Source of the DNA: Phyllobates terribilis
Lineage: Eukaryota
Reading direction: 5' to 3'
Assembly (NCBI RefSeq): GCF_046119375.1
Contig: NW_027362764.1
Location: 810,216,001-810,280,000 of the forward strand
DNA: 64,000 bases
Position 1 is the first letter of the stretch. Every line of letters begins with the position of its first letter. Below the pieces are notes generated by a model. That model saw only the letters and a list, made by a program, of their open reading frames with translations. It was not told the origin of the DNA and ran no database searches. Positions 52,420-63,400 of this stretch are shown one piece after another. Made by a program: the position numbers and the translations under genes.

Positions 52420-53375
52420 CTGCCCCGGCCACCTCCAGAGCAAAGGCACAGAGACCCCCTTTCCCCCTGGCCACCTCCAGAGCGTCGGCACAGAGACCCC
52501 CTTTCCCCCCGGCCACCTCCAGAGCGACGGCACAGAGACCCCCTTTCCCCCCGGCCACCTCCAGAGCGTCGGCACAAAGACCCCCTTTCCCCCCAGCCAC
52601 CTCCAGAGCGACGGCACAGAGACCCCTTTTCCCCCCGGCCACCTCCAGAGCGACGGCACAGAGACCCCTTTTCCCCCCGGCCACCTCCAGAGCGACGGCA
52701 CAGAGACCCCTTTTCCCCCCGGCCACCTCCAGAGCGACGGCACAGAGACCCCTTCCCCCGAGCGACGGCACAGAGACCCCCTTTCCCCCCGGCCACCTCC
52801 AGAGCTCCGGCACAGAGACCCCCTTTCCCCGGCCACCTCCAGAGCGACAGCACAGAGACCCCTTCCCCCCGGCCACACCAGAGAGACCGCAGAGACCCCT
52901 TCCCCCCGGCCACACCGGAGGGACCGTACAGAGACCCCTTCCCCCCGGCCACACCGGAGGGACCGCACAGAGACCCCTTCCCCCCGGCCACACCAGAGGG
53001 ACCGCACAGAGACCCCTTCCCCCCGGCCACCTCCAGAGCGACCGCACAGAGACCCCTTCCCCCCGGCCACACCGGAGGGACGGCACAGAGACCCCTTCCC
53101 CCCGGCCACCTCCAGAGCGACCGCACAGAGTCCCCTTCCCCCCGGCCACCTCCAGAGCGACCGCACAGAGACCCCTTCCCCCCGGCCACACCAGAGGGAC
53201 CGCACAGAGATCCCTTCCCCCCGGCCACCTCCAGAGCGACCGCACAGAGTCCCCTTCCCCCCGGCCACACCGGAGGGACCGCACAGAGACCCCTTCCCCC
53301 CGGCCACACCGGAGGGACGGCACAGAGACCCCTTCCCCCCGGCCACCTCCAGAGCGACCGCACAGAGTCCCCTTC
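52420..53375. repeat. DGAT1 intron 2 array 2, about 40-bp C-rich unit
   Basis: Unit GAGACCCCTTCCCCCGGCCACCTCCAGAGCGACGGCACA with variants. Confidence 0.92.
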
Positions 53376-53409
53376 CGCAAGTGTTTTCTGTACTGGGGTC
53401 CGCACTCAC

Positions 53410-53497
53410 CAGCATGACGACGCACCAGTTCAGGATCCCCCGGTAGTTGCTGTAGCCGCTGGTGGAGCTGAGAAGAGATTCCTGCAGCTTGTGACAC
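53410..53497 (-). CDS. DGAT1: DGAT1 exon 2, 88 nt
   Basis: Encodes [29 protein letters not shown]. Confidence 0.96.
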
Positions 53498-53518
53498 CTG
53501 AGGAGACAGAGGAGGACG

Positions 53519-53720
53519 GAGTCACACCGAGACCGGGGGAGTCACACCGAGACCGGGGGAGTCACACCGAGACCGGGGGAGTCACACCGAGACCGGGGGA
53601 GTCACACCGAGACCGGGGGAGTCACACCGAGACCGGGGGAGTCACACCGAGACCGGGGGAGTCACACCGAGACCGGGGGAGTCACACCGAGACCGGGGGA
53701 GTCACACCGAGACCGGGGGA
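53519..53720. repeat. DGAT1 intron 1 perfect 20-bp repeat, about 10 copies
   Basis: Unit GAGTCACACCGAGACCGGGG. Confidence 0.95.
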
Positions 53721-53764
53721 GAGATGGGAGGGGGATCCTGGGGTCTCCATGGTAGAAGGGGGGA

Positions 53765-54705
53765 GGACAGATCCCGGGGGGGGGGGATATAGGGGACAGA
53801 TCCCAGGGGGGGGATATGGGGGACAGATCCCAGGGGGGGGATATGGGGGTCAGATCCCGGGGGGGGGGGATATAGGGGACAGATCCCAGGGGGGGGATAT
53901 GGGGGACAGATCCCAGGGGGGGGATATGGGGGACAGATCCCGGGGGGGGGGGGATATGGGGGACAGATCCCAGGGGGGGGATATAGGGGACAGATCCCGG
54001 GGGGGGGGGATATAGGGGACAGATCCCGGGGGGGGGGGATATAGGGGACAGATCCCGGGGGGGGGGGGGATATAGGGGACAGATCCCGGGGGGGGGGGGA
54101 TATAGGGGACAGAACCCGGGGGGGGGGGGATATAGGGGACAGAACCCGGGGGGGGGGGATATAGGGGACAGATCCCGGGGGGGGGGGATATAGGGGACAG
54201 ATCCCAGGGGGGGGATATGGGGGTCAGATCCCAGGGGGGGGATATGGGGGTCAGATCCCGGGGGGGGGGGATATAGGGGACAGATCCCGGGGGGGGGGGG
54301 GGATATAGGGGACAGATCCCGGGGGGGGGGGATATAGGGGACAGATCCCAGGGGGGGGATATGGGGGTCAGATCCCAGGGGGGGGGATATGGGGGTCAGA
54401 TCCCAGGGGGGGGATATGGGGGTCAGATCCCGGGGGGGGGGGGGATATAGGGGACAGATCCCGGGGGGGGGGGGGATATAGGGGACAGATCCCGGGGGGG
54501 GGGATATAGGGGACAGATCCCGGGGGGGGGGATATAGGGGACAGATCCCGGGGGGGGGGGATATAGGGGACAGATCCCAGGGGGGGGATATGGGGGTCAG
54601 ATCCCGGGGGGGGGGGGATATAGGGGACAGATCCCGGGGGGGGGGGATATAGGGGACAGATCCAGTGGTCTCCCGGGGGAGGGGGACGGGACAGATCCCG
54701 GGGTC
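53765..54705. repeat. DGAT1 intron 1 G-run minisatellite, about 27-32-bp unit
   Basis: Unit (G)7-12 ATATAGGGGACAGATCCC. Confidence 0.95.
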
Positions 54706-54758
54706 TCCATGGTGAGGGGTCGGGGCTCCTGGTCAGCGGGGGGGTGCAGGGTCAGTAC

Positions 54759-54886
54759 CGGAGCTCCGCCTCCCCGCGGCCTCGCTCGGGTTCCGGTTCC
54801 CCAGGACTGTGGTTCGCGCTCTGCAGCCTCTGCACCGGTTTCTTCCTCCGCACCGCTCCTCCTCCGCTGCCGCCAGCCTCCGCCAT
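54759..54886 (-). CDS. DGAT1: DGAT1 exon 1 coding part, 128 nt
   Basis: ATG in context GAGATGG; encodes MAEAGGSGGGAVRRKKPVQRLQSANHSPGEPEPERGRGEAEL(R); phase-2 donor CCG|GTACTG joins exon 2 in frame. Total CDS is 1413 nt (470 aa plus stop). Confidence 0.85.
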
Positions 54887-54959
54887 CTCTCAGCAGCTCC
54901 GCTCTCTCACCCGCGGGTCACCTGTCTTCTCCCTCTCCGCACTTAGAACTTGTCGGTTA

Positions 54960-55430
54960 CCGTCACAGTCTCCACCCACTGAAGCAATCCTCCAATCCCA
55001 TTCAGGACAGCGCCACAGACTCCGCCCCCGACGGATCAACTATTGGCGGCTACGCACAAGCCCCGCCCCCAACTCGGCAAACTTTATAGCTACACAGGGA
55101 AGTGCAGAAACTTCAGGCCCCGCCCTCTAGAGAGCGCTGGCCACGCCTACCACCTACTTCCCGCTGCCCCGCCCCAGTGATGGGACGTCCTAGCTACCAG
55201 CGCACTGCATGCTGGGATATGTAGTGTGGACGTCCTATAGCCATGTGCTCAGGGGCGTCCTAGATGGGAGGGGACTCTGTGACGTAAAAGATGCTGATTG
55301 GCTGAGAGGTTTTGGCGGAAGTGGTTGGATCCGTGTGATTGAGTCCAGCTGTTGTGCTATGACTGGAGCCGGGCCGGGAAAAGCGAAGCGGCGGCGGAAT
55401 GTCACGTGCTCGGGAGGCGCAGGTGGGAGG
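54960..55430. promoter_or_regulatory. DGAT1 upstream GC-rich promoter region, possibly bidirectional
   Basis: Multiple CCGCCC boxes (about 55022, 55064, 55119, 55169); ATTGG/CCAAT at about 55041 and 55297; TGACGT at 55280; ETS-like CGGAAGT at 55316-55322. Confidence 0.6.
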
Positions 55431-55967
55431 AGTTACCGCCAGGGGAACTACAGATCACAGCATTCCCGCAGACACTGACGGAAAATTATAATATTAATGT
55501 TACATGGTTCAGAGAGGGCGAGACCGGTGACGTGAACTCCGCGGGATCTGGGGGAACCGTCACTCAGGGCGACCATAGACGTGTGCTGCAGATAGTCACT
55601 GAGCAGACACCCCTGACGAGAGTCCTCGCGGACAGTAGAAGAGTAATGAGGCCCGAGCCGTGTACATAGCAGCAGGCTCCGGTAAGGACGGGACGGCCAA
55701 TGCCGGCTCCAGGATGTGGAGCGCACTCTGCGGCGCCGGAAGTGACGTCGGACGACGGGCGGTGGACAATGACGTCACTTCCGGCAGTTTGCGTTCCACT
55801 GTGGACCGCATCAAAAAGTTATGGGGGAAAAGAGCGGAATTCCGCCGGTGATCAGAAATCTTCACCTGGACACCGGGGGAGGAGCCCTCTAAACAGAGGG
55901 AGGCGCTGGTCCGGTCACCCATAAAAGGAGCCCTGGACAGGAAGACATCTACAGGTAGGACAAAACC

Positions 55968-57352
55968 ATGTCTGTTGAAGCTTCTCACTCTGCATCTGTA
56001 GAGCCCAGCGCCGTTCCGGTCCCAGTAAGTATGGCACTGGTAGTCCATCTCCCAGATGCAGGAAATGGTGATTATAGCTCCCCTCCCTTTCTCCCCTCTC
56101 TTGTAGGGGGACAAGGAACCTGCATCTGGAGAAAAAGTTAAACCGTCACGCAGATGTCCCATCTGTACAAAAAAACTATCGTCCTCTCATAGAAAGCCCC
56201 TATGCAAGGACTGTACGGAGAAGATGATCAGGCAGGAACAACCTTCCTTAATGGAGGAGATAAAGGGGATTGTACGTCAGGAGATCAAATCCTCCTTAGC
56301 CTCAGTCACTCTCCCTACGCCCTTACCTAGTCAGGGTCCTACATCTACTCCCTCAGCGGCCAAAAAGAGGAAAATTAGCCCGCCAGAGGGAGGGGAGGAA
56401 GACTCTCAAGATGAGATATATATCTCGGAAGATCTTCCAGAGGAAGGTGAACTAAGTCCAACCCCTGATAACTCCCAACAAGAGAGATATTACTTTCCAT
56501 CAGATAGCTTGGAGGAACTCCTCATGGCAGTAAGGAGAACTATGGAGGTCGAGGAAGAAAAAGTGCCCCAAACAGTACAGGATCAGAAGTTTGGGGGGCT
56601 ACGTTCCAGGAAAAATTGGTGTTCCCTATACACCAGAGTATTAGGGACTTTAGAGGAGTGGGAATCTCCAGAAAAGAGATTAAATACCCCTACGGAGTTA
56701 AGGGATAGATTTCCTGTAGACAATGAGACAGCAGAATGCTGGTCTGAAGTCCCAAGAGTGGATATCCAAATTGCACGAGTAGCAAAGAGAACCACACTGC
56801 TCTTTGAAGATTCCTCTAAATTAAAATACCCCTTGGAACGCAAAATGGAGGGACTACTCATAAAATCCTGGGAGACCTCGGCAACACTATTAAGCACCAA
56901 CGCAGTCTTTACGGGCGTAGCTCGATCAATGGCTCATTGGCTAGATCAACTGGAGGAACACCTAGTTTCAGGCATCCCTACCGCTTCTACAGAAAGCTAC
57001 GGGGTTTTTAGCAGACACCTCTGCAGAATCTGTGAGAGTGGCCGCAAGAGCATCTGGGCTATCAAACTCTGTAAGAAGGGCCCTATGGTTGAAACCCTGG
57101 AACGGCGACGTGGCATCAAAAATGAAGTTGTGTTCCATCCCCTTTAAGGGGAAATACATGTTCGGGCCAGTCCTAGATGATCTTCTAGAGAAGGCTTCAG
57201 ACAAGAAGAAGGCCCTCCCGGAACCAAGGAATGTGAGGAAGAGGCCCTTTCGTCCCTCCCAAGAGAAGACCCCTCAATATAGGGGTAAAGGCGAAACAGG
57301 ACAATGGAGCTACCCAAAAGGTAGAGGAGGCAAAAATCTTTTTCTCTCCTAA
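55968..57352 (+). pseudogene. DIRS ORF1 (gag-like, N-terminal CxxC-CxxC), putatively spliced, with a frameshift near 56980
   Basis: ATG 55968, putative intron 56025-56106, then CPICTKK...CKDC leading into ORF 56224-57147. The C-terminus (LLQKATGFLADTSAES...RRALWLKPWNGD...CSIPFKG..FGPVLDDLL) is in a different frame, ending at 57352. Confidence 0.75.
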
Positions 57353-57385
57353 AACCAACGTCAGAACAGACCATGACATCAGGAC

Positions 57386-59100
57386 AGTCGGGGGCCGCAT
57401 CTCGAATTTTCTCCCTCAGTGGAAAGAAATCTGCTCAGACCCATGGGTCCTGAGGGTTGTCGAGTTCGGAGTAAAAATAAATGTCTCCTCCTATCCTCCA
57501 GAGAGGATAAGGTTAACACCGCTCTCCTCTCAGAGTCGTCAGGCCACCCTGATATCCGGTCTTACAGACCTATTGTCCTCAGGGGTGATATCCCTGGTTC
57601 CTACAAGAGAGATAGGCACAGGCCATTATTCCAGTCTCTTCCTAATAAAAAAACAAATGGCTCACACCGAGTTATAATCAATCTAAGGCCACTGAATCAG
57701 TATATCCACTACCAACGATTCAAGATGGAATCCATCAGGTCGACGGTCCCCCTGATAGGACAGGACCATGTCATGGCTACAATCGACCTCCAGGATGCAT
57801 ATTACCACATCCCTATACATCCACTTCACATGAGGTTCCTAAGATTCGCAGTGACTCAAGGGGATCAAATAGTCCACTATCAATTCAATGTTCTCCCATT
57901 TGGAATTTCATCAGCCCCGCGAATATTTACAAAAGTCATGGCTTATATCAGGGGTCAGAACATTTCAATAGTACCATACCTCGACGACCTGTTATTAATC
58001 GGGCCCTCAGTACCAGTACTCTGAGAACATCTACAGTTGACCACTCGGATCCTATCGTCTCTGGGCTGGTTAGTGAACCAGAAAAAAATCAGATATGGTT
58101 CCCTCAATGACAAAAACATTTCTAGGAGTACTATTGGATTCCCACAGCCAGACATCATTACTGCCAAACAAAAACAGGTCATGATAAAAACAAAAATCAA
58201 TGTCCTAAGGAGTAGAAGATCAGTATCATTAAGAGACGCTATGTCGGTACTCGGGTCTATGACCTCCTGTATTCAGATGGTGGCCTGGGCTCAGGCGCAT
58301 ACCCGAACATTACAGACCCACATCCTTACGAATTGGGCGGCTCCTCATGGTCTTTGAACAGGAGAATCCCTATACCACCACGAGTAAGGACCTCTCTATT
58401 CTGGTGGCTGAACGGGAAAAACCTGAACAGAGGAGTACTATGGATCCAGAATCTGCTGATAACCATAAAGGTGGATGCCAGCAAAAAGGAATGGGGAGCC
58501 ATGGTCTCCCAAGAGCTATTCCAGGGTATATGGACCAAAGAGGTGAGCCAATTCATTTCAGAGAACTAAAAGCCATAGAGGAAGTCCTCAGAGCAGCAGA
58601 GCCTCTGGTCCAGAAATCTCACATTCAGATATTTTCAGACAATATCACCACGGTAGCCCACCTTCGTCATCAAGGGGGCACAAGATACGAAAGCTTAAAA
58701 GCAATCTCGGCAATAATATTCTCCTGGGCCGAAGAACATCTTCTGTCCTTGTCGGCTCTTCATATCAAAGGTTCAGTCAATATCCAGGCCGACTTCTTAA
58801 GCAGAACAAAGATTCATCCAGGAGAGTGGAGCCTAAACCCAGACTTCTTCAGATGTTAGTCAAGAGATGGGGCTATCCAGAGGTAGATCTCTTCGCCGGA
58901 CACCAGAACGCGAAAGTATCTCAATATTTCTCCCTGGATCCAAATGGCCCTTGCCTGGGCGTAGACGCATTCGCTTACAAATGGGAATTCAAACTAGCGT
59001 ATGCCTTTCCCCCACTACCTATCCTTTCAAAAACCTTACAGAAGATAAGGACCGAAGGGACCAGAGTAAGCCTAGTGGCCCCTCGCTGGCCAAAATGAAG
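57386..59100 (+). pseudogene. DIRS pol: reverse transcriptase, RNase H and N6-adenine-methyltransferase-like domain, broken by frameshifts
   Basis: VGGRISNFLPQWKEI start; IINLRPLN, IDLQDAYYHIPI, LPFGISSAPRIFTK, YLDDLL; RNase H and MT motifs are spread over ORFs 58037, 58333, 58347 and 58826. Confidence 0.9.
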
Positions 59101-59239
59101 TTGGTTCGGAACGTTAACCAGTCTGAGTGTGTAGAGCCCTCTAATAGTTCTTCCCATCAAAGATCTCCTTCTCCTGGGGGCCGATTCACCATCCGGATCC
59201 CGAGAGACTACACCTAACTGGCTGGCTTCTGAATTCCTG

Positions 59240-60256
59240 ATATTAAAAACAAGAGGCCTCTCAGAGAAGGTAATCAAAACTCTCCAGAAGAGCAGGAAAC
59301 CTGTAACGAACAACATTTACCATAAGATCTGGAAAACCTTCTTAAGGTGGTGTGCACCCACTCGCCCAGACCCTCATAGGGCTGATGTGGCTCAGATTCT
59401 AGACTTTTTACAAGAAGGTCTGAGACCTTTGTCCAGTACTCTTAAAGTCCAAATAGCGGCGTTAAGTTCATACTTCGATCAAAGACTAGCGGAACATCAG
59501 TAGGTGAGAAGATTTATGACAGCAGCCACCCGCATCCACCCTAGAGTAACAGACCTGCTTCCCCCCTGGGACCTTAACATTGTTCTGAAAGGGTTAACCC
59601 TTCCACCCTTTGAGCCCTTATCAACCATAAGACTGGACAGGCTGACCTGGAAGACTGCTTTCCTGGTGGCAATAACTACAGCCAGAAGAGTGTGTGAACT
59701 ACAGGCCCTTTCGGTCAATGAACCCTACCTGAGAATCCTAGAAGATCGTATAATTTTCCAACTTGACCCTTCATTTCTACCTAAGGTGGTCTCAAATTTC
59801 CACAGATCTCAGTAGATAATCCTTCCATCTTTTTGTGACAACCCAAAAGACAAAAAAGAGATGGAATTCCACACTCTGGATGTTCGGAGAATAGTACTGC
59901 ACTATCTTCAGGAAACAGAAGAAGGAAGGAAAGACAAGAACCTATTTGTCCATACACAAGGTCCAAAGAGAGGAAAGAAAGCAGCAAAATCCACAATAGC
60001 CAACTGGATTAAGAGGGCGATTACGGAGGCTTACCAGATCCAGGATCTATCTCCTCCAGCAAAGCTCAAGGCCCATTCTACAAGGGCGATAACTGTCTCC
60101 TGGGCTGAAAAAGCCAGCGCATCCATCGAACAGATCTGCAGAGCTGCCACATGGTCCTCAATTCATACTTTCTCCAAACACTACAGACTAGACCTAATGT
60201 CTGTTGGAGATTTAGCCTTCGGAAGGAAGGTCCTTCAGGCTATTGTCCCTCCCTAA
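59240..60256 (+). pseudogene. DIRS tyrosine recombinase with internal stops
   Basis: PPWDLNIVL, KTAFLVAITTARRVCELQAL, HTLDVRR, LKAHSTRA, ICRAATWSSIHTFSKHYRLD; in-frame TAG near 59501 and at 59813-59815. Confidence 0.9.
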
Positions 60257-60279
60257 TATATATTTGGTATACCTCCTGT

Positions 60280-60360
60280 GTGCTGTCATGGGGGGTTATT
60301 AGAGAAAATAGAATTAGACTTACCAGTAATTTGGTTTCTAATAACCCACCACGACAGCAC
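60280..60360 (+). repeat. DIRS internal complementary region (ICR) hairpin
   Basis: GTGCTGTCATGGGGGGTTATTAGA (60280-) pairs with TCTAATAACCCACCACGACAGCAC (-60360), 22/24, around a TTACCAGTAA core and directly after the recombinase stop. Confidence 0.8.
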
Positions 60361-60486
60361 GGGTAATTCCCTCCGAGGGGCTTATTGTTTCTACGACAGT
60401 TGATCAGTAGAAATAAAAATTAATTTGAAGCATCTATACGCTTGTGGTCTTTTGTAATAACACTGGAGGGAGGATGTGGGAGGGGC

Positions 60487-63400
60487 TCGGACTTGCCTTT
60501 TGAACAGTTCACACTTCTTTGGGGTCAACTTAGCTCTGTGTTGTTGATACCTCTGTAATACGGTCCTCACGTGTTCAACATGCTCCCGGAAGGTTTTTCT
60601 GTGTATCACATTGTCATCCAAGTACGGCTGGCAGATATCGTCCCTCACTCCTTCTAAACATGTCTCCATGCTCCTCTGAAATTCTGCTGGAGCTGAACTG
60701 AGCCCAAATGGTATGCGGATCCACTCATATAATCCCCACGGTGTGATGAATGCTGTCACAGGTCTACTGGACTCTTCAACAAACCATTGATGGTATGCCT
60801 TACCCTGATCAAAGAAAGCTTCTGCTATCGAAACGCGTCGTGGCATTAGAGAGCGTATTAAACAATAAAAGGTTTGTGTGTTATAACCTTAATCCCCTCC
60901 CTGTCTAGTTGTTCTAGCTCTTCCCTAACACCACACAATTCTTTCTTTCTTGATTGCTAATCTCCCCTGTGGAGAGCGGTGGAAGCTGCTCTGTTTACAA
61001 CTAGCTTACCACAGGACCTGCCGTGATGTTATTGTGAAACACGCACTTCAGTCACATGGTCCCAGTCATGTGACCGCTGAAGCAGGAAGAAACTCCTTAT
61101 AGCAGTCCCTGTTAAGCTTCGGTCATCATACAGACTCCCACCTGGAAGCGTTTTCCCTTGTTGTGCGGGGCTCCTTGGCACAACAGGACCAGGTGAGTGG
61201 TCACAATATCTCTCCCCCCCCCCCCCCCCCCCAAACTTTAGGCTCTTCACCATTGGCGCTCCAACTGTTTTTGTTTCCCTTACCCTGATCGAGGACTGAG
61301 AACAAGATACTTCCTGATATGCTGGATAGCCTATCTTGTCTCTATGGTATCGGGTGCTGATCAGGTACTGACTTTCAGTTTAGTTCCCAGTAATCACAGC
61401 AGAATCTCAACGTACTGTCCTTCTTCCTAACACAAACAATAGGAGAGGAATAAGACGACTTCGACTTTTGGACCCAACCTCTGTTGATTAGATCTTGTAT
61501 ATACTCTTTCACTTCACAGTGTAATGGTTTCGGCACAGACATGTAACTTCTGGTTACTGGGGTCGTGTGTTTCAAATTGATTTTCAATTGCAATGATGGG
61601 ATACAGCCTATATCAGAGTCCTCTTTACAGAACGCATGACACTCTTCTCTCAGCATCTGTTTTGCTACCGCTCGATCTTCAGCACACAGGTGTTCCAGGG
61701 GTACTGGGGGATCCCAGGACCCTGAGGTAGGTCATGCAATTTCCTCCCCTAGGCAACTCCTGTTCCTTGGTGGGGAGACTGAATTCACTGTAGACCCCTG
61801 GGCGGGTCTCACACTGGCTGGATATACCATTTTAACAGTTTCAATGTGACCTAACACAGTTTTTGGATCCAGTCTAATTTCATGTTTCGTAGTATTCATC
61901 ACCGATACTGTCACTCGAGCAAACCCACCAGTAGGAATCGTAAGCACAGTCTCACTTTGAACTAGGCCTTCCGGAAGTTCTGAGGAGTCTTTTGGCACGA
62001 ACAGTCTTTTCTGGACTTTTCTTCTATGTTCTATGTGGACTCCACACCTCACCCCCACCATTTGGTTTGCAGGGAGTATGGTTGGGCGCCAGCATACCTT
62101 GACTTCTTTTAGGTCTATTGTATTTTGTGCTTTCTTTACTCTATGAATCACGTTTTCCGCCACGGCGTTGGGTATGGCGAGCGATGAGGCGATTTCATCC
62201 ACCACCAGCACCCCTAACTTGTGTTTATTGATGACCTCACTGATTACATGATAACCCAGGATAGCATCCTCTGCCACTTTCTGATCACTGGTCATGAGCA
62301 AAGGTACCAAAAGCTCAATGGTGTTGCTGTTGCTCAATGGTGTTGCTCATGTCCCTAAGTTGGAAAGTCACTTCCACCCAGCCTATGAAAGGGATTTTGG
62401 TCTGGTTGACAGCTTTGCGGTGGAGTTCCACTGGTCCCAAGAGTTCTTTTAGTGACCGAAGGCAAGTGTGTGGCAGGTAGCGCCTTCTCCATTCTACATT
62501 TAAAAGGCTCGCTTGGGTTCCTGTGTCCCACAGTGCTTTTACCAGGAGTCCGTCTAGCTGGCACTGTATAAAGCACTTTTCACCGATTAGGCTGATGAGG
62601 CTATCTTTACTGACCGAGGAATCATCCTCCTCGTTCTGGGGTTTGGTGAGATTTGGATTTGCTTCTGGGGCCTCCTCCGTGTCGCTGTTACCAGTCGCCC
62701 AGCACCGGCAACCTCCTGTCTTTTAACCCAAACGACCGTGACAACTGGCATTCCTTGGCATAATGTCCTTCCTCACCTCACCACATCTTAGACAGTGGAC
62801 ACACACCGTACTCTGATTTGATGAACGGCACGCTTCACAAGCCAGGTATTCTGGAACCCACTCCTGGGTCTGAAGGATACAGGTTCTGGCCTGGAACAAA
62901 TCAACTTTTTCACCTCAATCAACTCGGCTCGCAGTTCTCCTATTACTTCCTCCCAGTCAGCGCTGGCGGTCCTCTTTTGTTGGTGATTTAAGGTTCCCTC
63001 TCGGAGGTGGCACTGGAGGGTGTCCATGACGACCTTCGGACTGGCCACCGGGGGTCTCCAACTTCAGCTGACTCATTTTGGTGATTTTAAGAGCAGAGCC
63101 TTTCTTTAACTTCTGTTCGCTTTTTGACTCCAAACTAGCTGCCTCATTCATTTTTTCAATTAGGACTTCGTCCAAAATGCCGGGATGTTCTAGGTACTGT
63201 TTCAGCTGCAACTTGATGTCTTTGTTGATTCCCAATGATCTCAAGAACTTCTTCTAGACTAGTCCAGCATCAAACTTCTCTTCCGCTTCTACATCTCTGG
63301 ATGCAAACAATAGTTTATCCTTCAGTTCAATTGCTCTGAACAAGAAACTTTGGGGTGATTCATTATTTTTCTGTGAGAGGTTAATGAGTCGGTGGAACAA

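Larger units (their letters stand above)
55650..60486 (+). mobile_element. DIRS1-type tyrosine-recombinase retrotransposon, decayed; left ITR not recognised, right ITR truncated
   Basis: Domain order is ORF1 (gag/LAP2alpha-like), RT (YLDDLL), RNase H (DAS...WG; SDN..TV), methyltransferase-like (DLFA...YAFPP), tyrosine recombinase (HSTR...W...F..HY), then an ICR hairpin. The left boundary is approximate. Confidence 0.92.
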
